This document shows, one piece after another, positions 27,043-39,844 of a stretch of DNA of 64,000 bases (its first letter is position 1; every line of letters starts with the position of its first letter). The notes under the pieces were generated by a model. The model did not search any database. It was not told the origin of the DNA and worked only from the letters and a program-made list of their open reading frames with translations. The DNA lies in assembly GCA_046563655.1 (NCBI GenBank), contig CM102284.1, forward strand, positions 1,302,001 to 1,366,000, given 5' to 3'. A program made the position numbers and the translations under genes. Source of the stretch: Yuukianura sp. NJ FZ-2021. Taxonomy: Eukaryota.

Positions 27043-27787
27043 CATGAAACCCATAAAACTGTAATTAAAGTGAACAAGAGAAAAGGGCGTGACAAAGAAA
27101 GTGAACAATGACGTCTATGTCAAAAACATTGACCAAAAAGTCAGCTAAAGACTGAATTTAAACATTCCAAATCCGACGCATTATAATTTGCGGAAAAGTT
27201 AATTTTTCTTAGAATTTTGTATTAATGTGAGGCGTAATTGTAATGTACATCCTTGATTAAGTATAGGTTAATCCTTGATTAAGTATAGGTTAACATGACT
27301 GACTTGTGCTTATATCAATGAATCGAATTCAGAAGCTCGTGTTTAGCTTTTTTGTTGAAGGCATTTATTTGAGTTTACTTTAAGAGAAAAATGGACTCAA
27401 TTTTCAAAAACATGGGCACATTATTCCTCACACAACTGCGACATTATGTACGAACTACTACTTTATTACAGTGTGCCCAACGTCACAGATCCACCTTCTT
27501 TTTAGCATACGCTTACGCTTACGCATATGCTTTTTAGCTTTTAAGTGCTTAAGATCACAACAAACATCAAAAATGGTCCAAGAACTATGTTAAGTTATGT
27601 TAGTTAAGTTTAGTTAATTCTAAAATGTAAACAATTTGGTTATCATCTAATTTAGTGTAGTATAATGCCTCACGAGGAAGTGATTAAACAACAAAAACGG
27701 CTCAAAGAAATATTCAAAAGTTAGATCAATACAGCTAAATATTTTTGTCGCTTCTGTTAATTGATAATTAGTAAATTAAAAACTAAG

Positions 27788-28269
27788 CTAATTAAAAGAA
27801 AGTAGCATAAATGCGATTCCATTCGCCACGTTGTCCAAAAGCGTCAACTTGGCTTCACTTTCCATATGGTAAAACCCTCCAATTTTGGATTTGATGATTG
27901 GAATTGACTTCAGCTCAGCTTCAAATTTTTTTTGACAAATTTCTGCTTTTCATATTTTGACGAAACTGAGCTGAAATGTTGAAAACGAGTGACATGGCAA
28001 GTGCGCCAGGTATAAAGAGAAGTGCAAGGAGAATCAAATAAACAAAAAACAATGAAAATAGAAGTGGGTCCAGTTTTGCCCTGAGGCAAACGACGGCAAA
28101 TACGACAATGTACAACGTCAAAATTGATGCAAGTTTCATTAATGGAACAAAAACCGGCCCAAATACGGCGTTATGCATTTCATTCAAAATGGTCACTTTT
28201 CGGTACAACTTGATACGCTCGTTATACAATTCTGTGGTGTTGTCGGTTTCACTTGCAGGCCAGTCTTCA
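27788..28269 (-). pseudogene. GR-like copy 11: orphan exon 2 with +1 frameshift
   Basis: Near-identical to copy 10 exon 2, with one extra base in the T-run at 27926-27933. Similarity ends ~28295 inside the intron and no exon 1 follows. Confidence 0.8.
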
Positions 28270-28499
28270 CTGTAGATTGAAAATACAATTAGTTGGAAAT
28301 ACAATAAATTTGATAAAAGAACAATTTTGTTCATTTGACAACCGTCTCAGTCAGGTTGGAAAAACGAAAACAATTCAAACTGCAAACGGGTAATTTTTGC
28401 GTACACTTTTTTTTACCCGAAGCTTGGAATACTATAAAAATATAATATTATAATTTTTTTATAATTTATTGAGCACAATCATCCGCCTTTGTACAAAAA

Positions 28500-30643
28500 A
28501 TGCTACGACGCAATCGAGTTCCGACTTTGAAGATGCTTTGCATTCGGAAAATCGCTTTCCCTGCTACCGCAGAGTACCGCGTAATGTTTCATTGATTGAT
28601 TTCATCATTAAAAATTGTTTGAAATAAGCAAATCAAATTTTTCAACAAAAATAATTGAGCTTTGACCTTCCCAGTTCAAAATTGTATCAAAAGAGTTGCA
28701 AGAACGGCGTGAAGTGAAGAACCTTCCGTTTTCCAGCTACCAAAAATTCTTTAATGAAAGAACAAACTTTTTGAAATCTTTTAAACAAAAGTACCGCGGA
28801 ATGAAGCAAATGAGTTTTGGCGACATTTCATCCTCCGTAGAATCAATCGTCAACGGTTGGATTCGACTTTCTGCGTACTACCAAACGAGTCTCGAAGAGT
28901 GGCAGGACGTTAGTCACTTTTTCAGTGCAAAGTCCATTACTACTCTGGATTTTTTACATGAAGGAGCACTGTTGAGAAATGGACTCAATTTTCAAAAACA
29001 TGCGCACATTATTCCTCATACGACCTCACGTGACAAACAAAACCAAACTAAAATAAATTCAAAATTGGGGCAATGTGAGATTTTTTTTTATAGCTCAGAG
29101 TGTGTACCCAATGACATACAAGGGGCTGCTGGACATTTTAAACCATACGGACAACATGGACGCTCTCAAAAATTTGTACATCAACTTTGACTTTTCGCAG
29201 TTCAAACTAGCCGGAGCGGGAAGATTTGAATTTGAGCGGACTTTTCGATTTGTCAATCTTTATAAGTTGGTTGTACGTGGTCCAGCAGCAGACGATTCGT
29301 AAGAGACAAACCTAAAATTAACCTTTGACCTTAATATTCAGCTTGACCTTTGACCTTGAAGGCTCCTCTCGGCCATTGGCTTTTGGTGCAAAACGTTACA
29401 CTACTTGGACATTCGCGATACAAGTGTCACTGAGCATGGAATTCTCCTGCTTTTGCTCAAAAGTCCAAAGAAAGACGGCAAAAAATTTGACTTGGTTCCA
29501 GACTACCCGCACGTTCCTGATTTGCTGACGGATTTGACCAAAACGTAAGGGAGAATGCGCAAACTCATGAAAAAACTTCCGCAGCACATTTTGTGTTGTT
29601 TCACGCAGGTTGGAGTACTTGGACATGTCAACTGTACAGAAACAAGGGGAACTTTTATACCAAGACAGGATTGTTCGCATGGCTCTTCCACGGCTGCGTG
29701 AAACTCTAAAAAGAGTTTTCTTTTTGCCGCCAGGGCGCAACTTCTACACAAGCCGATCTGTCGCTGATGAAGAGCTAAAAATCCGTGTTCTGCGAAACAC
29801 TGCTTTTTCGTTTCTACGCAGTCGTGTTTTTGAAGCCTTTTCGCACATGATCACTGAAGCACACAAGAGATTTCAGTACAGCGAGAGCATAACGGCTATG
29901 GAAATTCGGCGGGATTTTGTAGACGACGAATGTGTGGTTCTTTTCCTGCATGTAAACAAATCAGCATTTTCGAAAATTTGAGGAAAAAATGTTGAAATTT
30001 TTGAAGTTTGGTTTGAATTTTTTTAAAGGAGTGTCTTGTGGTGTTGGAATTTCGACTTGCTAATCTCAACATCGTGTCAGTTCTATGTCATACAAAATCC
30101 GATTTCAACTTCCTTCCAGTCGACGTACTGTGCCGAGTGATGCCGAACCTAAAAGAAATCAAAGCATCGCTTGATGGGATTCTGACGTCTCCAAACGCCA
30201 GTTTTCAAAAATTGGAGCGCTTGACAATTCCAATGGTGAAGAACAAGAAGACGCTGATTTCAATTGTCAAGCGATCTAGAAGGCTGGTGTACTTGGAAGT
30301 TGGTGAAATGCGTGACAATTCAAACGCAGCTACTCTGTGTGACGGTGACATCTATGACATGGTCCTTCCAACTAAAACTGACGACGGAGTGGCTTCTCAT
30401 GGTTACCTGGAAGTGTTTCGCATTCACTTCAAAAACCAAATTACGCTTAGCCCTGGTCTGCGTGACCTTATCAAGTTTTGTCCACTACTGCGCATAGTGG
30501 GTGACCTCAGTCGCTGGCAAATCTCGAACACTTCTCTTCAAGACTTTGCTGCCCAACTCAGCTACCACAACTGCGACATTATCTATGAACACAACACAAT
30601 GTTGTACCACACCTCAACTCCATGCAAAGAATTCTTCCGCTGA
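28500..30643 (+). CDS. BC-box + leucine-rich-repeat protein (putative cullin-RING ligase adaptor), ~6 exons
   Basis: Exons 28500-28580, 28675-29029, 29094-29298, 29362-~29543, 29609-~29950 (donor uncertain), 30029-30643; GT-AG joins keep frame. N-terminus VPTLKMLCIRKI fits the BC-box consensus. LRR-like DDSLLSAIGFWCKTLHYLDIRDTSVTEHGI and CPLLRIVGDL. Confidence 0.65.
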
Positions 30644-31169
30644 ATAAACTTTTTTAACCCTAATTTATGCTTAAGTTACAATTTGTAACTTACATGTATG
30701 GTGGCAGTGGTTACCCGGCATGGTTATAATGGTGGGAAGGTTGACTTACTTAAGCCAAGTTCCTTTCTGCAGAATTCAGAGGAATCCGAGGTTTAGTTAA
30801 ACCCTGCCAAAGCTTGTTTGTTTGTTTTGAATCCCATGACCCAGATTATCCACCCAAGACCTACATCGTCATCATCTGTGGATCATCATTTTGGTAACCG
30901 TAGCCAATTGATGTTAGATGTGTACATCTTACAAATCACACACGACCATTATTCTCTTGAGCAGATTCATCAATTACACAGGTATAGTTGCCCCGTGGAT
31001 AATCCAGGGAATAAGAGAAATTGATAGCACAACCAGTCAAAGCAAATTACGATTCAATCTTTGCTTTTCGAATTTAGAATGTAGATTAGCATCGAGGGTA
31101 AAAGTGGAACTCTACTTGGACAGACGTTTACAGAAAGGAATCATTTAGTCTCCAATGACTTGTGCTAGG

Positions 31170-33193
31170 ATGGACAAATTACCGAATGAGGTAATCTTAG
31201 CGAACAATATTGAATTAACGATTATTGTGGACTCATGTTAAGTGATGACGTAATTTGAATATTTTCTTAGCTGTTGGAGAAGATCTTTTCGTTCGTCACA
31301 GACGAAGAGAGCCTTTGGGCTTGTCGCCGAGTATGCAGACGTTGGAATCAAGTTGCGGTTCGATTTTGGAGACAACTTTATTCTCGACGTCCTGCATTTT
31401 TGACAGATCAGTTGATGCATGAATTCATTTCGGATACGGACGGGAGAATACAAGACTTTCCGTTCTCCAGACTGCGGTTCAAGAACTTGGACACTGAAAA
31501 TATTTCTGCGGCGATGCATCTACTTCGAGAGTGCAAGAAGTACATTGTCGACATCCAAATATGCAAAATTCAGAAGTCATTGGATGGAAACGAAGAAGAC
31601 GGGGCTCAGTTCCAGTCATTTCTGAACTGCCTGGATATTTCCGTTATGCCAAATCTGGAGGAGCTGAGCTTAACAACCTCTTGGTTTCCAAATCTCATCC
31701 AGCCTGCACCAAAGCTGAACTTGAACAATTTGCGAGTCCTTCGCCTACCTTTTGGCAATACTCCATTGGAACCTCTTCCAGCTTCTCTCGTCGAGTCTGC
31801 ACCGAATCTCCAACTGTTACAAACGATACTCCCAGGAAGATTGTGTTTGACAGATCCTCCTTCCGTAATTTGGCCATTCCCAGAAGAATACAGACGAATT
31901 CGTGTGATAGAAGTTAAACTGATTCTGAAGTTTCCAAGCATATTTATATCCATTGCACACCTTGTGACTTTGTCACAAAAGTTTGAAGAATGGCAAAACG
32001 TTAAAGTGACGGACTTGTCAATCAGTACTGGAAGAGCAGGACTTAACGTGAATGATATCGTCGAAGCCAAGACGTGCCTTACTCGGATTTTGGAGTCCCA
32101 AGCACAGACGATCAAGTGCTTAGACGTTAGTCCTAATCCTGGCCCGCCTCTGCCAATTGTAGCTCAGTTTCCAGCGATGCCCAAATTGGCACTCCTTGAC
32201 ATCAGTTTTCACAATGACAGACATCCCATTACAGAAATAATTGGAAATCCATTCTCGAATTTACAGAGCGTAAGTTTCTCTAACTCTCAAAAATTATGAT
32301 GTATATAACAAGAAACGACTTTTATGTTTATAAAAACGTTTTCCTTCCGCAGGTTTCACTCCATGGGTTTTACCAGCCGACGAATGTGTTTCGTACAGCA
32401 GTTTTTGACAGCGTCAAAATCTTTCACCTATTTGATAACGGAATGTCATACAAGGACCGATGTACGACAGACAGGTTCACTAATTTTAGTAGAACATTCC
32501 CGAATCTAGTGGCCTTTACTTACGTCAACCTTAATTCAAATGACGACGTCAACGAAGAACACGTCTCCTTCTTAGTGTCAACAATGCGAATGGACTCACT
32601 TAAACATGTCAAGTATGTGTTGGGTCCAGTCAGAAAGCGGAGGGCGGACAAGTGCCAATTCGATGTGAAACGTCGGATTAATCAAATCTTCGCGGGATTT
32701 CGTGACCTGGAGACTGTCATCGAGGCAGCCAATGAAGCCAGGGAACGAGGGGTAGAGAGTGAAGAAACATTCTGGGAGGAAGTAGAAGAATTTAGGAATC
32801 CAAGTCTGGCAAACATGACAGGTATGATCATCACCTCATCAGGATATCTCACAATTGTTAATGTAATTTAAACTAATTGAATAGCAAGTGTACATTCTGT
32901 AATTTAATTCAGGGTTGAAGTCCTTTTCGCTGGATTTCCCGATTGACGACAATTTTGCTCGCGGAATATTACTGAGAATGAAACCGCTGGATCTTCTAAC
33001 AGTTTCGTCTTCGATGGTAAGTGAATGTTAGTTAACCTGAGTTAATTAGATTCGAGTCTAACCGGTTTGCGTCTTGTTCCAGCTGTCACTGCTCGTCTTC
33101 TGCAAAGTTATTGCTCGTCACCAGTCATTCTGTTCAATTCCGCCTCCAGATCTAGTAGATTCTCCAGGACGCCCAACGAGAACATATACTTGA
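31170..33193 (+). CDS. F-box/LRR-like protein A, 5 exons
   Basis: Exons 31170-31190, 31271-32269, 32353-32821, 32913-33016, 33083-33193. F-box LPNE|LLEKIFSFV...SLWACRRVCRRWNQVA followed by PNLEELSL-type repeats. Confidence 0.8.
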
Positions 33194-34068
33194 CTTTCTA
33201 GCTGCTTTTCATCGTTTATGAATGTCTCATTTCAAAACCAAAAATACGTTTTATATCCGTAACAATATTTTTATCCTTGAATCCCGAATTGGCGAAAACT
33301 AAAATAGGACTAACAGATTACCCGGTTAAGATAAGTTCGTTATCGTTCGACAAGGAAGTGTAGAGCCGAGAGGATGTCGTGGACTAGATAATGATTAAAC
33401 GGCAAAGTAGTTTACACTGTTAATTGATTGTTTATAGCATACCAATTTGTGATTTACGTTATTACTTCATTTGGAATCCGTGACGCCGTGCCTCCAGACA
33501 CCGTAAAAGTGTTGCGGTGGTAGATATTTATTAGCCCTCTTCTACAGCGCGAAACAGGCTGAATTTTTTTTATTGGTTGAAGTAAGGTCCAATGAGCGAA
33601 TCCCAGGCAGTCGGTGATGCATTGATGCATTGCCATTGCGGTGTAAATAAAAACTAATTAAAGTACATAAAAACAAATTTAAATCCGCTGACACTGTGGG
33701 CCCACAATAATATCAGAAGCACAGGCCCCAGAAACGGTTGCTACATTAGGGTAACAACAAATATAGCCTCGCTAGATTTGATACCATAAAAGCCTGCGGT
33801 AGTTTAACTAAAAAAAGTCATAAGTTATGCACTCATAAACAAACCAATCGTTAAAAGACGCCACACAGTATACCGTTCAATGGCTTTATTACAATGACTT
33901 ACGTAAACCTTACTTCAACCGCTCTCCCAGCATAGCTTCCATATCAAACAGTCTTGAACTGGGTCAGCTGATTTCCTCATTTTCGCAAAAACGTTTTAAA
34001 CCAATTACCTATGCCACAACTATTCCGTTAATGTGTCACTGGGCGACTGAGAAGACTGCAGTAGAACC

Positions 34069-36411
34069 ATGGAGATTGAATCGTTACCGAACGAGGTAAG
34101 TGTAAAGAACAGGAACGAAGTCAAACACAGTAGATGTATGTAAGCGTTCTGAAAACGAAAAGTGAACCATTCGGTTGGAGAGTAGCAATGGGGTCCGTTT
34201 TTCTTTTAGTGTGAGTTAGGTTATCAAATCAGGACACAGTGCACCTTCAACACCTAACCTAACCTAACTCAGGGACTGTGCACTGTGTCCTGATTTGATA
34301 AACATAGCTCACACTAAAAGAAAAACGGACCCCTTTGCTACTCTCCAACCAACCATTCTCAAACGATTACGAAATAAGTAGAGGCTACTTTAAACGTTAT
34401 TAACTGATGCTAACCCTGGTGTGTAACTTTTAGGTACTGGAGAAGGTGTTTCGTTATGTCACTGACGAGGAAAGCCTATTTTCATGTCGGATGGTTTCCC
34501 GGCGCTGGAATCAAGTTGCCGTACGCTTTTGGAGACAACTGAACTCAAGTCGAGCGCAGTTACCAACGACTGCTTTAATGGAGAAATTTATTGAGGACAT
34601 GGATAATCGCTTTCAAGACTTCCCATTTTCACGGGTCCGCTTCAAGGACGTCAATCCAGAAACAATCGAGGCCGTGATCAACGTACTAAGGGAGTCTTCG
34701 GGCTATATAACTGATGTGGATGTGTCACACTTTATTGTTGACGAAAATGAGGAGGATGATTCATACGATGGTAAAGAAGAGTTGAAAATCCTTCTCGAAT
34801 GTCTGGACGTTTCAGTGCTGCCAAATTTGGAAGAGCTTCGTTTTGGATCGTTCAAGTGGCCGGTTCTAGCTCCGTTGCCTTCAGTTAATCTTTCAAGCCT
34901 CCAGATTCTCAGACTTCCAAATTCATCAATTGCACCGTGGAAGTCACCAACACCCGCGGCATTGATTGCATTAGCACCAAATCTTCACCTTCTGGAAACT
35001 CAGTTTATATTGTACGCACAGCAAGCGATTCCAGTAGAACCCCATTGGCCCTTTCTGGACGAACACAAAAGAATCAATGTGATTGAGCTGAGCTTAAAAA
35101 TTACATTTTTCGGTGCTGGTCGAGAGGCTTTGGCCGACTTCGTTAAAAAGTTGGAAGAATGGAAGAATATCCGAGTCGTTGAACTTTCAGTGGACATCGC
35201 AATTATTACGCCTGGTGAAGTTCCGCAACTCAGACTTCTTACGCAAACAATTCTGGATCTCCATTCAACACACATTCGGAAGCTTGTGCTTGTAGCGTGG
35301 CCTTCAACGTTCACAGAAATACTGAAATTACCCAAGCTGCCTAACATAGTCGACTTGAAAATCAATTTTGGTTACAACCGTGAAATGGTCCAACCGATTG
35401 TTGGAACTCATTTCCCGAAGTTGACTACCGTAATTTTTTTATTCCACAAAGATGTATAAGACTACAAAGTAGGTTAGCATGGCAATCAATTAATTTATTC
35501 TTGTCTTTTCTCATAGGTTACGCTGGCCTCTTTCACCGATCCTGCCATTGTGTTCCAATCAGCTGTGTTGGACTCAGTCAAAACGTTCTGCGTTCATTAT
35601 CCGCAGGGTACTGGGCAATCGGACTCCTACACCAAATGGGGAACAGTGTTTCCAAATCTCCAAAACTTTACTTACATCAACCCATATTTAGAGGCTAACC
35701 ATATTTACCTTGGCTATGTTGGTCACCTTGTGTCAGAATTGCAAATGCAAACTTTGGAGAACGTTGCCTTCAAAATCTTTAACCCAACAGGGTCAACCGG
35801 GGCGTACGATACTCCGTGGCATCGTACGCTAAGATCCACGTATGGAAACAAGGAGCAAGTGTTCACGCGGGCTTTGTCTGGATTTTCTGTTGACTTGGAA
35901 GAGCTAGTAGGTGCCGGTGCCGCTGGTTTTGAATCGGCAGTAGGCGGAGAATCAGCTAGACAAATGTACTGGACCGATTTGGAAAGAAACCGACGTCCCT
36001 GTCTTGCAACTATGATAGGTTAGTGGAGTGTAACTCAGCAATTTTAGTTCTCGATGGTTTTTGTGTAACCGTTTACAGTGATTTCCTTTTTCTATTGTTT
36101 TATATAGGACTCAAAACGTTCTTTTACGATGATGTCGTTGACGACAATTTTGCTCAAGTTGTACTGCTTCGATTAAAGTCATTGGATCGTCTCAGCATCT
36201 GCACCAGTCAAGTTCAAGTATAAGAATTCATTTTCAAAATTACGAAAATCGAATCTTGTTATGTGAAGTTATTGTTTTGTTTTACTCCAATCAGATGTCA
36301 CAGGATGTACTGTCCCAATTAACTTCTCATCACAAGGAATTGTGTTCAATTTCTCCCACCGAGTACTCCCGAATCCGCCTTCCTGGAGAAGAGTTCGACT
36401 CTATCACGTAA
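34069..36411 (+). CDS. F-box/LRR-like protein B, 5 exons, tandem paralog of A
   Basis: Exons 34069-34095, 34434-35429, 35517-36018, 36108-~36215, 36295-36411. F-box LPNE|VLEKVFRYV...SCRMVSRRWNQVA; same intron positions as A. Confidence 0.8.
34173..34350. mobile_element. Foldback MITE (178 bp) in intron 1 of F-box gene B
   Basis: ~70-bp near-perfect TIRs (GGTTGGAGAGTAGCAA...GTGCAC) around a short CCTAA-repeat spacer; 8-bp TSD AACCATTC (34165-34172, 34351-34358). Confidence 0.85.
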
Positions 36412-36716
36412 TCTATACACGGATTCAATTCGGATTCACATATCGTAAGAATTACACAACTTACGTTGGGTTTAGGCTTTACGTTGATCTTATTTTAATT
36501 AGAATAAGATCACAATAATTTAAGCAGTTTAGACCTCCTGTTTTAACTTTTTACAATTAGCAAAAACATTCCCTTTCTCTTATAAAGTTCTACAACTTTT
36601 TTTTGGTGGGAAAAAACCTTAATTGCATCGGTTGCAACCGAGTGGTAGCAACTTCCCACTAATAGAGTAGGTTAATACCTAACGTAAAAGCTATAACTGT
36701 ACAATAACTTAACATT

Positions 36717-37499
36717 TTACTCTACTTTGCTAATTAAATATGCTACTTGGTTGCAGCCTTTTCGATGATCCGGATTCAAGTATTTCAGCAACTCAGGAGA
36801 GGCAGGCTTGTGAGACAATATTTCGACTCTTGACCAGGCTCCAAATAAATCATGGATTTCGGCTTTTCTAACTGGTCGGGGTCTCACGGGACTACAACTT
36901 CCTTTTTCAAACTCAAACACATTCAGAATATAAACGAATCCAGCACCTTCAAAACCAAGTAAGCAATTAGCATTTAGCATTGATTTAGTTCTCACAAACA
37001 AAAATATTTAAATTGTTCTAATTTTTATAGAAATATTACTGCCCAGCCCTTTACGAAGTGCTTCGACGTAAGGACGTCGGAGATGTTCTGGAATTATACT
37101 AAATGCGCCTTTGTCCCAAACTGCCTCAAATGGTCCATATTTTTCAAACGGACATTTGAAAAAGTCGCCAAGGAAAATCACTAGTCTTCCATCCTTGGAT
37201 TTGAAAACACTTTCTTCTGGCTCAAATTCCAACGAAATGTTGGTTTCCTTTTGAAAATCTTGAATCGCTTCTAGAACTGCTTCGACTCCGAAAACACTGT
37301 AACCGAGGTCCAATAAGTACGGAATGTCACGGGATTTTCCACAGAGCGGTACACAAACAGTTCCGGTTTTTGGAAACCGGTGGATATAGGCATGGAGGGT
37401 GGAGTTGACCTCTGATCTGTGCCATCCCGCCCTACCAAACCGGTAGCACTCTGTGTAGTGATCTATTTCAGCCTTCACAAGGTCAGTTTGATTAGTCAT
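36717..37499 (-). CDS. TPMT: Thiopurine S-methyltransferase family protein, 2 exons, ~229 aa
   Basis: Exons 37499-37040 and 36946-36717. TPMT motifs GWH...VN..L, VCVPLCGKSRDIPYL...GYSVFGVE, GDFF, FEAVWDKGAF. Confidence 0.85.
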
Positions 37500-38912
37500 T
37501 TTCGGTTCTAAAATAAATTATAAAATATTTTCTAAAGTATTTTGATATTATAATCAATGTTAAGATTTTTGCATCAGCAGGCGACGTTGCCATTTGCTAC
37601 AAACTTCCTTCAATCTTAGGTTCTTAGGTAAAAAAATTTTTTGACAATTTTTATCAAATGTTAAAAGTTTTCACAAATTGTTAAATTAAATGTAAAGTTT
37701 TAGAGAAGAAAAACTACTAACTACAAGAGTAGCTAAGGTTTTTTTTTATTTTGTTTCACGTTTACGTTACTGACTCTACGTGTGAATTTGGAGATGCAAC
37801 TAACATTTAAGGCTGCTCAAATTGTGAATCACTCAAAAACTAAATATTCAAATTAAGTTTTTTAGTTTTAAATCAGAAGTAGACTTTCCTAAGCAGAAAA
37901 TTAACTTAATTTGTGACCTACGATGCGTCTGGTTAGGAATTCTGCTGAGTTGTTAAGTATAAGTTATGTTTATGTAAGTCATGCAATAATAAAAATTGCG
38001 AGTCTTCCTGCCTGTTTTGACGTGCGATGAGATCAGAAGGCCATGAGGCTATGTTTAGCTTTTGCTTTTTATGAGATTGTCTAAAAGTAATTTGAGTCTG
38101 GGTTAAAAAGTTCTATCTTCTTTTACTCAAGAACAACGTTGGTGATGGTGAGGACACACTTTAACTCGTACCTTATCCGGATTAACGTTGTGACTCTTTC
38201 TGTTTCGTACAATTAACCAGTCATTTTTTTAAGTTACTTTACAGGTTTTGTTGGGTTCATCGCTGAAAGTTCACTTTATCTTTTTCATTGCAAGTGAACA
38301 GTATTTTGTGTTCCGTCCAAAAGACTTTTTTTTTCTCAATTGAAGCAGTTTATTGAAAAACCACTTGAGACAACCTGCTAAAAGTCTATATTGCGCCTCT
38401 CAAGTGGACGTAAGTTTCGAAATTATTGATTTTTAACACATCAAAACTGATGTGCTGTTAAAATGAATATTATGTAAAGTATTATTATGCTTTTAGAACT
38501 TAATACTAACTAAAATTTTACGTCAAAGGTTATGTTAGTGTGTACCTTTTGTAGAAGAACACTAAGGGCGTTGACACACAAAAGTTCTTATTGAATTCTG
38601 AATTTTATGTTGAGTGGGCTGAATGGGTGGGACGGTGGGAGTGGGAGATTTTTAGTCATCGGCTTTCGGCATTTGGACGCTTCAGACTTATGGAATTCGC
38701 AAAAACCCCACAAAACAACATTTTTTGTAACTTTTTGTAATGTTTTTTATGAACTGTCAGAACCAACTTCTATGGTTTTTTGGAAAAAATTGCAAATTTA
38801 TGAAAGGCAAATACTGCAACGATGTGGAACTTTTTTTTCAACTTTTTTTTTACTTTGTTAAACGTAGTAATTAACTCATTTTGAATTAATTTTTTGAATT
38901 TTAGTTTAGAGA

Positions 38913-39844
38913 ATGGGAGACTCTGTTGAAGAGGAAATCAGAAGAGAAGAGTACACGGGTCAAGTGGAAGGAATTCGATCTCTGGGATTGGAAGCTGCTA
39001 AAGAGTTAATTCGAAATTCAACTTCTTAGAAACCAAAACTTTTTTTTAAACTATTTTGAAAATTTCTTAAGTGTTTTTGGTGTTGAATTTTAGGCTCCTG
39101 AGAGGGAAGAACTTTGACGACGTTTTCTCCTGTTTCATCAAATCTACAGTGGAAAATCTAATCGAAAGAGTGGTGGATCCGTTTGTGCGATTTACAAAAA
39201 CAGAAGCTGAGCAACGAATTGAACCAATTCCTGTTCCCGTTGGACACTTTGACATCACTGATCAACTTTTCTGTCTTCCTTTGACCGGTAAATTTCAAAA
39301 TTTTGAGAATATTTACCAAAAAGCTTTAGATTTGAGCTAATTTTTGAATTTTGAGTAACTTTGTCTTTGGTTTCCAGGAGTTGTAGACGTTTCAGAAGGG
39401 AAAATCAGCAACTTATCGGCACTGGACAAGTCGGACGACTGCGTCGTAGATGTTCAAGGGCGCGTACTTTTTGTGCGTCTAAAATTTCAAATCTCAAATG
39501 TCTCCTACACAGCAGACTCAACACTGGCCCTCTTCTGTTCCAATTCTGCATTTAATTTGAAGGCTATTTTAGCTTCCATTTCACTTAACGTTGAACTCCA
39601 AGTGGACTTTCGATCTCTTTCGAACCTTTCCGCCGAAATTTCGAAATTTGACTTTAACGTAGGTGGATTTGACTTGGGCGTTACTGGAGACGCCATTCCT
39701 CAGCTTTTAGCGGCGTCAATTAAACACTTCTATATTCAAAAATATCAAAGTGAACTACAGGATCTGAGTGTGGAAAAAGTGAAGGAATGTATGCAAACCG
39801 CAGTCAAGAAAATTTTACCTCTTCTTAGTGAATGTGTCCCTTAG
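38913..39844 (+). CDS. TULIP-superfamily (Der p 7/JHBP/takeout-like) lipid-binding protein, copy A, ~250 aa
   Basis: Exons 38913-39004, 39094-39287, 39378-39844, in frame. Pattern EPIPVP...GVVDVSEGKISNLSALDKSDD... followed by beta strands and a long C-terminal helix. No signal peptide visible; the first donor (GTTAAT) is weak. Confidence 0.55.
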
